Shown: positions 20,714-33,220, counted from the first letter of the stretch. The stretch: DNA of 64,000 bases from a virus (IMGVR_UViG_3300046787_000438:32001-96000); one strand, 5' to 3'. Notes: generated by a model from the letters alone, not told the origin. A program made the numbers and translations.

Positions 20714-23113
20714 TTAACCGATTACTACTACACGGTAGCTGTCTGCTGAAACAGTAGACGAAGCAATCCATGAGATAGTCACCGCGTTGGTGCTTGTCAC
20801 CATTACATCAGCCTCTACTAGCGAGTTATCGGCTAGATCGCGGATCTGAACGGTTACATCAAGAGTACCAATACCGTGAGTCACGGTCCAGGTGACAACA
20901 CCAGCCGACGGGGTCAAGCTTGAGTTATTCTCTGAGTACTTAGTAGTTGCAGCAAGGTTAGCGCGTGCACCAGCAGCAGTTGTTGCTCCAGTACCACCGT
21001 TAGCAATTGCTACGGTTCCGTTCACATTGTCAGCATTTCCAGAAATGTCACCAGAGATGTCTTCACCAGGAATAGATGCTACAGATGTAAGGAATCCACC
21101 TTCACCTCCACCAACTAGGTATGAACCTGAGGTGAAGAAGGTGTTTCCAGTACCACCGTGTGATACAGGGATGGTAGAGCCATTCCAGACACCAGTTGTG
21201 ATGGTTCCAACAGTATCGATCGAGGTCTGACCAGCATAGTCAGAAGCAATCGAGATACCGTTTACATCAACAGTAATTCCAGATCCAGCGTCAGCCGAGA
21301 TTGAAGTACCAGAGATATTTACACCACTACCTGCAGTGTACTGACCAGCTGCAGAGAACTGAGTCCAGGTAGCGCCAGACATCCCCGAGTAGGCCGTTAC
21401 AATGTATCCGCGGGCCTGGTTGGTTCCTAGCTCAACGAATACAAAGTCGCCAACTTCAGGAGTTTGCTGATCGTCAGCTGCAATGAGCATTGACATGGCA
21501 GGCCCAGCCGCTGAGTCGTATACGTAGATTCCGTTATACAGACCCATGCCGCCAGCTTGGTTCTTAACAAGAACGCGGTCGCCATCTTGCAGTGTTATTC
21601 CGTCAATAGCACTATCGCGGAATGGAGCACTTAGAGAGCTAGTTGTAGCTACCTTTACAGAATCTTTAACATTCAGACCCTGTGAGGCGGCCGAGATCTC
21701 GCCACGAAGAGTAGAGAGAACTACGTCATCTGCAGCATTGAAGTCGGAGGTTAGGCTGGTCTCGAGTGCATCTAGGCCAGAGGTTAGGTCAGAAGCTACG
21801 TTGCTGATGTCAGTGGTTAGACCAGAAGCTACAGTGTTTGTGTAGTCCTTCGAGGTCTGAATCGCATTGCTGATGTCAGTTCCAAGGCCGCTAACAGAGC
21901 TAGTAACGGTGTTAGATAGGTCTGAAATGTCTCCAGCTAGACCCTGATCTGCAAGTTCGAAAGCTGAAGTTACGTTAGTACCAATAGCATTTGCGTAGTT
22001 CTTGTATGCAGTCTCAGTTGCTGAGGACGCGCTTGAAACCGCTGAGTCAGTGTAGTCATTTGCATTAGATTCAGCAGTTGCAGCTGAGCCAGAAGCGTCA
22101 TACCACGAGTCAGTAGCATTTCGATCGATTTCTACCTCATTGGTAGAGCCAATCTTAAGGCCATTTCCAGTATCGACGTTCAGTACGCTGTTAGTTACGG
22201 TCAGACCGTCGCCAGATGAGGTAGCAAAGATACCTGCTACAGCGTTGTCGATATCGCTCTGTAGTCCAGTAGCTACACCATCAACGTATGAGACGGCATT
22301 GCTGTAAGCAACTCCTGCAGCATCGGCGATATCGGTAGATAGGCCAGAGGCTACGGTGTTTGTGTAGTCCTTTGCATCCGACAAAGCCGAGGCAGCTGCG
22401 CCTGATGCATCGTAAGTCCCTGAGGTAACCGAGATGGTGTCAGAATCAATTGTGATTCCTGTACCTGCAGTTAGAGTATTCTGCTTGCCAGAGATCATGG
22501 CGGCAATGTCAGTTGCATAGTTCGGGTTATCTGCAAGTGCAGCAGCGAGCTCATTTAGAGTGTTCAGAAGTGCAGGTGCACCATCAACTAGGTTAGCTAC
22601 CGCAGTGTCGGTGTAGTCATTGGCATCTGAAAGAGCAGAGGCAGCAGCACCAGCAGCATCGTAGTTAGATGCTAGGCCATCTGCGTAGCTCTTAGCGTTA
22701 TTTTCTGCAGTTGTTGCAGCACCAGCAGCATCGTAGTTAGATGCTAGGCCATCTGCGTAGCTCTTAGCGTTATTTTCTGCAGTTGTTGCAGCACCAGCAG
22801 CATCGTAGTTAGATGCTAGGCCATCTGCATAAGCTTCTGCATTTGCCTGAGCAGTTGAGGCAGATCCAATTGCATCGTAAGTATTAGCTAGATCAAGTGC
22901 AGTGATTGCAGCATTGATTGCTTCGGTAACATTACCGCCCGCAGCAAGGGCAACCCAGGACGTACCGTCATAGTATTTTAGAGCTGAATCTACGGTGTTG
23001 TAGTAGATCTGACCTACAACAGGCGAAGAGGGAGCTGTTGCAAGGTTTTGAATCCTTGCATTCTGAAGCTCGTTTTTATTGAGGTTCAGGTTCGTTAAGA
23101 ACTGCTTTGCCAT
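20714..23113 (-). CDS. Tail fibre/appendage protein
   Basis: Ala-rich 24-aa repeats; [10 protein letters not shown]...NGIY; GGTG motifs. Confidence 0.78.
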   Translation of the reverse strand: MAKQFLTNLNLNKNELQNARIQNLATAPSSPVVGQIYYNTVDSALKYYDGTSWVALAAGGNVTEAINAAITALDLANTYDAIGSASTAQANAEAYADGLASNYDAAGAATTAENNAKSYADGLASNYDAAGAATTAENNAKSYADGLASNYDAAGAAASALSDANDYTDTAVANLVDGAPALLNTLNELAAALADNPNYATDIAAMISGKQNTLTAGTGITIDSDTISVTSGTYDASGAAASALSDAKDYTNTVASGLSTDIADAAGVAYSNAVSYVDGVATGLQSDIDNAVAGIFATSSGDGLTVTNSVLNVDTGNGLKIGSTNEVEIDRNATDSWYDASGSAATAESNANDYTDSAVSSASSATETAYKNYANAIGTNVTSAFELADQGLAGDISDLSNTVTSSVSGLGTDISNAIQTSKDYTNTVASGLTTDISNVASDLTSGLDALETSLTSDFNAADDVVLSTLRGEISAASQGLNVKDSVKVATTSSLSAPFRDSAIDGITLQDGDRVLVKNQAGGMGLYNGIYVYDSAAGPAMSMLIAADDQQTPEVGDFVFVELGTNQARGYIVTAYSGMSGATWTQFSAAGQYTAGSGVNISGTSISADAGSGITVDVNGISIASDYAGQTSIDTVGTITTGVWNGSTIPVSHGGTGNTFFTSGSYLVGGGEGGFLTSVASIPGEDISGDISGNADNVNGTVAIANGGTGATTAAGARANLAATTKYSENNSSLTPSAGVVTWTVTHGIGTLDVTVQIRDLADNSLVEADVMVTSTNAVTISWIASSTVSADSYRVVVIG
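22644..22828. repeat. 72-nt tandem repeat (about 2.5 copies; [24 protein letters not shown])
   Basis: Unit starts recur at 22651, 22723 and 22795. Confidence 0.85.
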
Positions 23114-23123
23114 TTGTTATTCC

Positions 23124-23498
23124 TTAGGAGAGGTATGCGGTGCCAGAAATGGCAACCGAGAAGGTGATTGTTAGGTTATTTGTGTCTTGGTGCTCGATAG
23201 CTCCCTCTACAACATCGCCAGAACTCATAAAGATCGTGACAGCGGGGTAGAAGCCTAGGTTGTGTTCAATTGTCCAGACGGTACTATCTGCACCCTGTAC
23301 GTGAGAGTACGACACTAGAGGAATGAGCGCCTCTGAATCTACCCCTGTGTATGGAAGAGTGTTCCATGTATTGGTACCAGTACCGATTTTCATCTTATTG
23401 GTATCAATTTCAACGCCAAGTTCTCCCTTGGCAAGAGTCGGGTTAGCTGCGGTCCAGTTGGCCGCGGTGTCATTTCGTAGTTGTATTTGAACTGCCAT
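23124..23498 (-). CDS. Mtd_N-like small fibre protein
   Basis: IQLRNDTAANWTAANPTLAKGELGVE; W.I.HNLG..P.V. Confidence 0.72.
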   Translation of the reverse strand: MAVQIQLRNDTAANWTAANPTLAKGELGVEIDTNKMKIGTGTNTWNTLPYTGVDSEALIPLVSYSHVQGADSTVWTIEHNLGFYPAVTIFMSSGDVVEGAIEHQDTNNLTITFSVAISGTAYLS

Positions 23499-23519
23499 AA
23501 TTACGCCTTAAGTTTATTG

Positions 23520-24317
23520 CTAGAATTCGCTAGCTGACCCACCATTAATTGTACCTGAAATGCTAGAGGCTGAGATTCCTATCTCTAGCGTTGATTTGTT
23601 TATCCACTTAGAAATTTCAGGATCATATATAAGAACCTGACCGTTGCCTAGATCGGTAAGTTGTACGTCTGTAAGCTCTGTCATTGCTACGTCTTGTACT
23701 GCTTCGGGGTCTACCCATTCGGTAGCATAATTTGCCGAGCCAGTCTTTCTTAGTATCTGACCAGCAGTACCTCCAGTCGGAACTCCTGGGCCTGCTGCAC
23801 CAGTAGGACCAGTGGCACCTGGTATACCCGCATCTCCAATAGGAGAGACCATGAAAACAAGGTTGTCGTTATAGGTCCAAGATCTAGCTGTACCATCTAT
23901 GTAAGCAAGATCTAAAGTTCTCCAACCAGAAGACATTGACTGCTCTAAAACGTAGTATCTAGAGAACTTTCTAGTATTCACTGCATCTTGAATAGTTATA
24001 ACTGCCTTATAGCTGTTCGTCGATGTGATAGCAGCATCTAGTAATCCCGATTGACTATCAGTCTGACTGTCAGTCTCTGATATATAAAGAGCTGTAGCCG
24101 AGAAAATACTGGAAGCGTTGAAAGCAAGATGCCCAGCGCCTGGGTTAGCTGAGGCATAAGTATTTAAGAACTTGTACGGTGCAGACAGACCTCCCGAGAC
24201 TCCAGCATCGCCCTTGTCACCCTTAGGACCCGCGGCACCTTGAGGGCCAGACGCCGCTACTGTAACTTGACGGGCATGCTTACCTGCTGTAACGGAGCTA
24301 ACTGTGTATCCAGCCAT
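23520..24317 (-). CDS. Short collagen-containing virion protein
   Basis: Gly-X-Y segments; PTGGTAGQIL.K motif shared with 5597..8458. Confidence 0.7.
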   Translation of the reverse strand: MAGYTVSSVTAGKHARQVTVAASGPQGAAGPKGDKGDAGVSGGLSAPYKFLNTYASANPGAGHLAFNASSIFSATALYISETDSQTDSQSGLLDAAITSTNSYKAVITIQDAVNTRKFSRYYVLEQSMSSGWRTLDLAYIDGTARSWTYNDNLVFMVSPIGDAGIPGATGPTGAAGPGVPTGGTAGQILRKTGSANYATEWVDPEAVQDVAMTELTDVQLTDLGNGQVLIYDPEISKWINKSTLEIGISASSISGTINGGSASEF

Positions 24318-24679
24318 TATCTGGTCACCTCTGATCTAACTGCAAAGTTGCCTTGTAAAATTTTGTATACGAATAAATCTGCAGATGGCGCGACTAGCTC
24401 TAAATCGTATAAATATATTCCTTCAGAGATTGAACCCATAGTTACATCATCTACAAATAGCGCGATACTGCCATCAGTTGTCCCCAGTTCGATACCGCCA
24501 TTTTCAGTCGTAAGCTCTAGAATCAGAGACTCTCCAGAGTTATTCGACCTAACCTGCATGCGAGCTTTATATCCAGTGAATGCTATAGGCTTTTTGGCTG
24601 GATCTTTGTAGTAGATGATGCGCGAAAGTGTCGAGCCTTGATCGGCTACGATATTGTACAGTGCTGCTGGGGCGCTCAA
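24317..24679 (-). CDS. Tail-fibre adaptor/baseplate-like protein (paralog of 8458..8832)
   Basis: DQGST...ARMQVR...YDLE...QGNF.VR.EVT. Confidence 0.65.
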   Translation of the reverse strand: MSAPAALYNIVADQGSTLSRIIYYKDPAKKPIAFTGYKARMQVRSNNSGESLILELTTENGGIELGTTDGSIALFVDDVTMGSISEGIYLYDLELVAPSADLFVYKILQGNFAVRSEVTR

Positions 24680-24720
24680 CTGGACTCATTTCGGCTTGGA
24701 GAGTGGGAATACAGTTCACT

Positions 24721-24733
24721 TAATTGTACCGCA
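24721..24733 (-). promoter_or_regulatory. Putative promoter motif TGCGGTACAATTA
   Basis: One mismatch to the motif at 8868..8880. Confidence 0.55.
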
Positions 24734-24769
24734 TGGCTGCATCCCTTATGTTGGGGCTATACTATGTTT

Positions 24770-25000
24770 ATGGCCAGATTACTAGATGACCCAGGGGTGC
24801 TTTCCACCACCATAGATAGTGACGAAATTAAATTTTCTCACTATGCTGAATCAGTCTCGGTTACTGAAGGGTACATACTAGGTAAGCCAGTTGTTGCGAT
24901 ATGCGGTCAAATTTTTATCCCGTCTAGGGACCCTAAAAAGTTCCCAATCTGCCCGATTTGCAAAGAGATAGCCGATTCACTACTATTAGCAGAAGAATAA
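24770..25000 (+). CDS. DUF3039-family protein (actinobacterial)
   Basis: HY...G.PVVAICG..F.PSRDPKKFPICPICKEI; TATACT 6 nt upstream of the ATG. Confidence 0.8.
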   Translation: MARLLDDPGVLSTTIDSDEIKFSHYAESVSVTEGYILGKPVVAICGQIFIPSRDPKKFPICPICKEIADSLLLAEE

Positions 25001-25007
25001 AAATCAG

Positions 25008-25029
25008 CTACTAGATTTTGTTCTATACT
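25008..25029 (+). promoter_or_regulatory. Possible NrdR box adjacent to a TATACT -10 upstream of nrdH
   Basis: CTACTAGATTTTGTTC fits the conserved C-w-A-x-A-T-x-T-w-G core. Confidence 0.35.
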
Positions 25030-25114
25030 GGTTATCCAGCCAGTCCTGACGTAGGTAGTTTTCTACCAAAAAGCGTCAGGATTTCTCATCTCTACCTCGA
25101 AAGGTACCAATAAA

Positions 25115-25330
25115 ATGGTAACTGTGTACACTCTCCCATCATGTGTCCAGTGCGAAAGCACTAAGAAATACTTGACAATGAAGGACGTGACATTCGAAGT
25201 AGTCGATTTGAGTCAAGATACAGCAGCGATGGATACTGTTAAGGCTCTTGGCTACCAGGCAGCTCCAGTTGTAATTGCTGGCGACGACCACTGGTCAGGC
25301 TTCCGCCCTGATCTACTTTCTGCACTCTAA
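25115..25330 (+). CDS. nrdH: Glutaredoxin-like NrdH
   Basis: CVQC active site; GYQAAPVV...WSGFRPD. Confidence 0.95.
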   Translation: MVTVYTLPSCVQCESTKKYLTMKDVTFEVVDLSQDTAAMDTVKALGYQAAPVVIAGDDHWSGFRPDLLSAL

Positions 25331-25332
25331 AA

Positions 25333-25721
25333 GTGTATGGCCTAGTCTATTTCTCCAATATTTCGGAAAATACCAAAAGATTTGTTGAGAAGTTAGGTCT
25401 ACCAGCTACTAGAATCCCACTCAAATGGGATAAGGATAGCCCCCTAGTAGTCACTTATCCATATGTATTATTTGTCCCCACTTATGGGGGCGGGAATGAT
25501 AGCCATACAATTCCTAAGCAGGTCAAGAAATTTTTAAATATCGAGGCTAACAGAGACTTATTGCGCGGTGTTGTCGGATTAGGCAATACCAATTTTGGTG
25601 ACCACTATTGCAAGGCTGCCGAGATGATTTCAGCAAAAACAGGTGTACCCTTGCTGTATCGCGTAGAAATACTGGGTACATCAGATGATGTCGAACAAGT
25701 AACCGAGAGGCTAGAACAACT

Positions 25722-25749
<28 letters not shown>
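25333..25749 (+). CDS. nrdI: Flavodoxin-like NrdI
   Basis: [16 protein letters not shown]; PTYGGG; GNTNFG. Confidence 0.95.
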
Positions 25750-28780
<3,031 letters not shown>

Positions 28781-28790
28781 TCTAGATATA

Positions 28791-28820
28791 AAGAAACCCT
28801 CCTTCGGGAGGGTTTTCTTT
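28791..28820 (+). terminator. Intrinsic terminator
   Basis: AAACCCTCC-TTCG-GGAGGGTTT followed by TCTTT. Confidence 0.88.
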
Positions 28821-28891
28821 ACCTTGAAACTTGCACTTCTAATTGTATTTAATTAGAATATAGGTACTTCTAAAAAAAAGGATATATACCT

Positions 28892-29185
28892 ATGGCATCT
28901 AAAGCCTCTCTGAATGCAGAAATCCCTAAATTTGTATTTGAAGGTGAGGCAGCATGCGCCGAGGTTGATCCAGAACTATTCTTTTCTGTAGATACGGAAG
29001 ACTACCAGGGGAGAATTATAGGTAGCTCTTACCCTAGTATTCAGCAAGCCAAGTCAGTCTGCGGTGGCTGCGAGCTTAAATTTGACTGCCTAGCTTACGC
29101 GCTGAAGGCAAATGTTATGGGTATATGGGGTGGCACTACCGAGGCTCAGCGTAACTCTCTCAGGAGGAACAGACGTGCAGCTTAG
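28892..29185 (+). CDS. whiB: WhiB-family Fe-S transcription factor
   Basis: C..VDPELFF...CGGC....C...AL...GIWGGT. Confidence 0.92.
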   Translation: MASKASLNAEIPKFVFEGEAACAEVDPELFFSVDTEDYQGRIIGSSYPSIQQAKSVCGGCELKFDCLAYALKANVMGIWGGTTEAQRNSLRRNRRAA

Positions 29186-29252
29186 AGTGGTATAATTAGA
29201 GTGCCCTTGGGAGAGAGGCGATAACTAATCACATCTATCCTAGGAGCTTCTA

Positions 29253-29528
29253 ATGGGAGTATTCGCTGAAGTATTCAGACGAACTGCAGCACTAATTATT
29301 CTTCGTGTAAGCGGAACATTTGCTGGTGGTTCGATTGCTGGAGTTGAACTCTGGCAGGCAGGCGCAATGGCTGCATTTATTGGTGTAATGGACGTAGCAG
29401 AGAACCTGTCACGCGCTTACATGATTGATGGCGCACTTGATGTTGCCGAGATTAACGCTGCGTTCGGTGGGCAGGCTGGCAACAAAAATGCTGCTGAAGA
29501 GCCTTCATCATCTGACACTGGTCTCTAA
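29253..29528 (+). CDS. Small membrane protein (holin-like?)
   Basis: Two hydrophobic segments; function inferred only. Confidence 0.45.
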   Translation: MGVFAEVFRRTAALIILRVSGTFAGGSIAGVELWQAGAMAAFIGVMDVAENLSRAYMIDGALDVAEINAAFGGQAGNKNAAEEPSSSDTGL

Positions 29529-29550
29529 TACCTAAAAGTAATAACCCTAC

Positions 29551-29579
29551 TTGACACTATGTCAGGTAGGGTTTATTAT
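29551..29579 (+). promoter_or_regulatory. SigA-type promoter TTGACA-17-TATTAT embedded in a hairpin
   Basis: 17-nt spacer; ATG 6 nt downstream at 29586. Confidence 0.75.
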
Positions 29580-29585
29580 TTATGT

Positions 29586-29825
29586 ATGGAAGATTTTGAA
29601 GCATGGCTTAAGCATGGTGTAGAAAAAGGATGGTGTGGACCAGCGGTCTGCTACACCCATGACGGACTACCTACATCTGAACCAGAGGACGCTGAGTTCG
29701 AGGATGGGGCAGACCCATGCATCCACATTGTGAGAATGTATGAAGACACTGATCACAAAAAGGCAGTAGAGGCAAACCATGCCCCTTCTACTTGGCGTGC
29801 AACAAATCGTGGCATCGACATTTAA
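29586..29825 (+). CDS. Hypothetical Cys/His protein
   Basis: F..WL..G...GWC...C.THDG.P...DPC.H..R. Confidence 0.7.
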   Translation: MEDFEAWLKHGVEKGWCGPAVCYTHDGLPTSEPEDAEFEDGADPCIHIVRMYEDTDHKKAVEANHAPSTWRATNRGIDI

Positions 29826-29837
29826 ATAATCCAACGA

Positions 29838-29911
29838 CGCGGAGTGGGGCAGTTCGGTAGCCCGCTAGGCTCATAATCTAGAGATCGTAGGTTCAAATCC
29901 TGCCTCCGCAA
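29838..29911 (+). tRNA. tRNA-Met(CAT), initiator-like
   Basis: C1:A72 mismatch, CTCATAA loop, GTTCAAATC T-loop; CCA not encoded. Confidence 0.85.
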
Positions 29912-29933
29912 CTCAGTAAAAAAGGAAGAGATA

Positions 29934-30062
29934 ATGGCAAAAGGCAAGGGTGGAGCACCAGCTCCTTCTAAAACAACAACTGACCGCAAGAATGGCAAAA
30001 CTTCAAAGAAGTATCCTAAAGTTTGGGACTCAGAGAAGCGTCGTTTAGTTACAAAAAAGTAA
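29934..30062 (+). CDS. Small basic protein (42 aa, MAKGKGGAPAPSKTTTDRKNGK...)
   Basis: AAGGAAGAG RBS; fills the gap between the tRNA and the tmRNA. Confidence 0.6.
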   Translation: MAKGKGGAPAPSKTTTDRKNGKTSKKYPKVWDSEKRRLVTKK

Positions 30063-30089
30063 CGTATACTTTTTATATAACTAAATAGA

Positions 30090-30420
30090 GGGGATGACAG
30101 GTTTCGACGGTCATTCAACAAACTAGTGAAGCAAGCAGAGAAGCCTGTACCTCTTAAATCGGGCAAAGCAATAAATGCAAACTCACGTTCAGCATTCGCA
30201 CTAGCAGCCTAATAACTGTTAGTACCCCTAAGCAGCAGTAGTTCTAACTGGGCACTTAGGCTTTAAATAAATAGAACACCCTGCACCACGTCCATGCTGG
30301 AGACGTAAAACTGAAGCACCAGGAGATGTGGCAGTGCAGTCTCCGAAATATTCACTGCCTAAGCTTGTAGAAGAATAGTTTATTTTTGATCGGACGGGGG
30401 TTCAATTCCCCCCATCTCCA
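30090..30420 (+). ncRNA. ssrA: tmRNA, tag peptide ANSRSAFALAA (30177..30212)
   Basis: 5' GGGGATGACAGGTTTCGAC; 3' GGGGGTTCAATTCCCCCCATCTCCA; G3.U wobble in the acceptor stem; tag ending ALAA-stop. Confidence 0.95.
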
Positions 30421-30514
30421 CAAACAGTATTGCTGCTCTATAGGTCCGCTAGGATTTAACGATTACGGATACTGGGGGCCAGACCCTTTGCCGCGGCAGG
30501 TCTGGCTCTAATTT

Positions 30515-30586
30515 TGCCCCTTAGCTCAATGGCAGAGCAGAGAGCTGTTAACTCTAAGGTTGTTGGTTCGAGTCCAGCAGGGGCAG
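30515..30586 (+). tRNA. tRNA-Asn(GTT)
   Basis: TGCCCCT/AGGGGCA acceptor stem, CTGTTAA loop, GTTCGAGTC. Confidence 0.9.
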
Positions 30587-30643
30587 CGAGGTAGCGGGTC
30601 AGGCTGCAGATACTGTCCTTTCACCATGTGGACTACCTCACCT

Positions 30644-30714
30644 GCGGATATTGCATAATGGTAGTGCCTCATCCTTCCAAGTTGAAGGCGGGAGTTCGAT
30701 TCTCCCTATCCGCT
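30644..30714 (+). tRNA. tRNA-Gly(TCC)
   Basis: GCGGATA/TATCCGC, CTTCCAA loop, U73. Confidence 0.9.
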
Positions 30715-30719
30715 CTGAG

Positions 30720-31310
30720 TCACTGTTCAGCTATAAAATCTAGCCAGATATCTTCATCGTAAGGCGCGTCTAGCTCGAAGTTTCTAAAGAAGATAATGAC
30801 GTTAGTCCTAGTTCCGTCCGTCACTTGACGTACGCCGTGGAGATTTTCTGCGTTCCCTCGGAACATTATCAAGTCTCCCGCCTCTAGGCGCACTTCTACC
30901 CCATGATGCTCGAAGTATAGCTCCCCGCCCTGGTAGTCACTGTTTAGCATTAGAACACAGGAGTAGTGCTCCTCTACGGCTGGTTTTTCTGGATATACAT
31001 CGCCATCATCATCATGAGGCTCGTTTAGAGCTCCCTTATGCATAATATTGCCAAATAGGCGCTTCAGTTCAAATCTGTTATATCTGAATTCGTAGTTCTC
31101 ATTGAATATGGAGTTAGCTATCTTTATGGCCTTGCGAATTGGGGCAACTGGCGCTGGAACTTCTCCTGCCAGAATGTCATAGATTAGAATTCCCGAGTGT
31201 TGGTAGCCAGGGCGGTGATCGTCCTGGGCTGTCTGAGCTATGTGCTCCACTAACTCGCTACACTCTTGAGCAGAAAGAACTCCACGTTCTAGATAGTATA
31301 TTTCTGGCAT
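30720..31310 (-). CDS. 2OG-Fe(II) oxygenase (paralog of 33865..34455)
   Basis: PHDD...LNSDYQGGELYF...HGV...R. Confidence 0.88.
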   Translation of the reverse strand: MPEIYYLERGVLSAQECSELVEHIAQTAQDDHRPGYQHSGILIYDILAGEVPAPVAPIRKAIKIANSIFNENYEFRYNRFELKRLFGNIMHKGALNEPHDDDGDVYPEKPAVEEHYSCVLMLNSDYQGGELYFEHHGVEVRLEAGDLIMFRGNAENLHGVRQVTDGTRTNVIIFFRNFELDAPYDEDIWLDFIAEQ

Positions 31311-31381
31311 TACTCCAGTCTACTATTTGTTACGCTGCCCATATAGTTGCATAACTATAAGAATTATGCTAGTTTCTATCT

Positions 31382-33220
31382 ATGATCAGAAAACTAACTA
31401 GTACTGCCTTAGTTGCCGCTAGTGCAATAACTGCCATGCAGGGAGTTAACATTTCAACTAGCTCAGCTATCGAGCATACGTTCAGTGTTATGGGGACCCA
31501 GGGGGGAGCACCTTGGCCATTAGACCGCATAGACGGAATTAAAGATGGTTCATATACTTACGGCTCCTCGGGCGAAGCTGTACGTATCTACATAGTAGAT
31601 ACGGGAGTAGATGCGTCGCACCCAGATTTTGGTGGACGCGTGGTAGATGGTTTTGACTCGTTTGGGGAGAATTTAGATCAGGCTGATTGTCACGGCCATG
31701 GTACTCACGTTGCAGGTATAGCTGCTGGCACGTATTTTGGCGTAGCTAAGAAGGCGACGATTGTACCTATTAGAGTGATGAATTGCTCTGGACAGGGCAA
31801 GACTTCCACGCTAACTGCAGGGATTGATTGGATACTGGCCAACCACGCGAGGGGTTCGCTCGGCATAGTGAACATGAGCCTAGGTGGGCCAAAAGATGAT
31901 GCGGTAAACGCCGCTACTTCCAGACTGGTTTCCGCTGGTCTAGTTGTAGTATCTGCTGCTGGCAACTCTAATGTCGATGCCTGCACCAGCTCTCCAGCAA
32001 GTGCCCCTGGGGTGATTGCTGTTGGTTCTGTAGACAATGGTGATACAAAATCTCCGTTCTCTAACTGGGGCATATGCGTAGACATCTTTGCGCCAGGGTC
32101 ACGTATCGCTTCTAATACCCCCTCTAATCACTCAGGTTCGGTACAAAAGAGTGGTACTTCTCAAGCCAGCCCCTTTGTCTCTGGAATTATTGCCACCTAC
32201 ATTTCTAGTGGATTTGCATCTACAGCTACATCGGCTGAAGCAATGTTGCATGCCTTATCTGATAAATCTGTAGTAGTCGGAGGCAAATCTACATACAACG
32301 ACATAGCTATGGTGTCTAGGGTAGTTGCAGGAGTGCCTGTGACGACACCCTCAGCCCCAATGTTAGACAGGTCTTCTGTATCTCAGGACGTGTTTATTAT
32401 GAACGTCACGGCCAAGTCCGTGTCGTTAGCTTGGACTCCCAAGGATAATGTCAACTACTACTCGGTAAAAATTGGACGTAGGGGGCAAGCTGGCTACATC
32501 TACACCGCTAACACCTCTTACACGGAGCTGAGGGTGGATAACTTATATAGCAACACGGACTACGTAGTCAAGGTAGTTCCATACGGTAGAGGCGGGGTGA
32601 AACTCTCTGAAGGGACTTTAACCTCTTTCTACGCTCCTTATGGACTTCCTAGTGCTCCGCAAAACTTCCAGATTAAAAACTACACGCTTACTTGGGGTGT
32701 GCCTAACTATAACGGTGGTGCCACTGTCCCGTCGTATATCGTTCAAATTCTCAGGGGTGGGAGCTGGGCCAACCTCAGTGAGACTACAAATACCTACTAC
32801 GCAATAGTTCAGCCAGGGGCTGGATCCTTAGATACCTATAGAGTAGTTTCGAAAACTAGTGCTGGCCTGGGAGCCCCTACAAACGAATTATCTACAGTTG
32901 GAACTGGAATACCTAACGGATTTGAGCCAGTCCCTAACCTGCCTACTAAACTGCAGGGCACCGTTGTAGCATCTCAGCGGAGAGCTGGATCTGGAGCTGT
33001 AAATGTGTCTTGGAGTGTGATGGCAGGAGCTATTGGCTATGACATATATACCGCACCGCTGGGTACTGACCTCTGGTATATGGCTGGATCTGTATCATCT
33101 AGTGCTACCTCTAGAGTAGTTGCTATTCGACTTGGCCAAGACACTATGGTCAAGGTGGTGGCTAAGCTTAGCTCTGATACTACAAAAGATTTAGGTACTG
33201 TCCAATATCGCGGAAACTAA
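31382..33220 (+). CDS. Secreted S8 subtilisin-like serine protease with C-terminal FN3-like domains
   Basis: Signal-peptide-like N-terminus; IVDTG, HGTHVAG, AAGN, SGTSQA catalytic motifs. Confidence 0.92.
   Translation: MIRKLTSTALVAASAITAMQGVNISTSSAIEHTFSVMGTQGGAPWPLDRIDGIKDGSYTYGSSGEAVRIYIVDTGVDASHPDFGGRVVDGFDSFGENLDQADCHGHGTHVAGIAAGTYFGVAKKATIVPIRVMNCSGQGKTSTLTAGIDWILANHARGSLGIVNMSLGGPKDDAVNAATSRLVSAGLVVVSAAGNSNVDACTSSPASAPGVIAVGSVDNGDTKSPFSNWGICVDIFAPGSRIASNTPSNHSGSVQKSGTSQASPFVSGIIATYISSGFASTATSAEAMLHALSDKSVVVGGKSTYNDIAMVSRVVAGVPVTTPSAPMLDRSSVSQDVFIMNVTAKSVSLAWTPKDNVNYYSVKIGRRGQAGYIYTANTSYTELRVDNLYSNTDYVVKVVPYGRGGVKLSEGTLTSFYAPYGLPSAPQNFQIKNYTLTWGVPNYNGGATVPSYIVQILRGGSWANLSETTNTYYAIVQPGAGSLDTYRVVSKTSAGLGAPTNELSTVGTGIPNGFEPVPNLPTKLQGTVVASQRRAGSGAVNVSWSVMAGAIGYDIYTAPLGTDLWYMAGSVSSSATSRVVAIRLGQDTMVKVVAKLSSDTTKDLGTVQYRGN

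Noticed and set aside
29200-29250. Possible riboswitch upstream of 29253
   Set aside because: Only an imperfect hairpin near the RBS; no recognisable aptamer consensus
29822-30166. Minus-strand 114-aa ORF
   Set aside because: Antisense to tRNA-Met, a small ORF and the tmRNA
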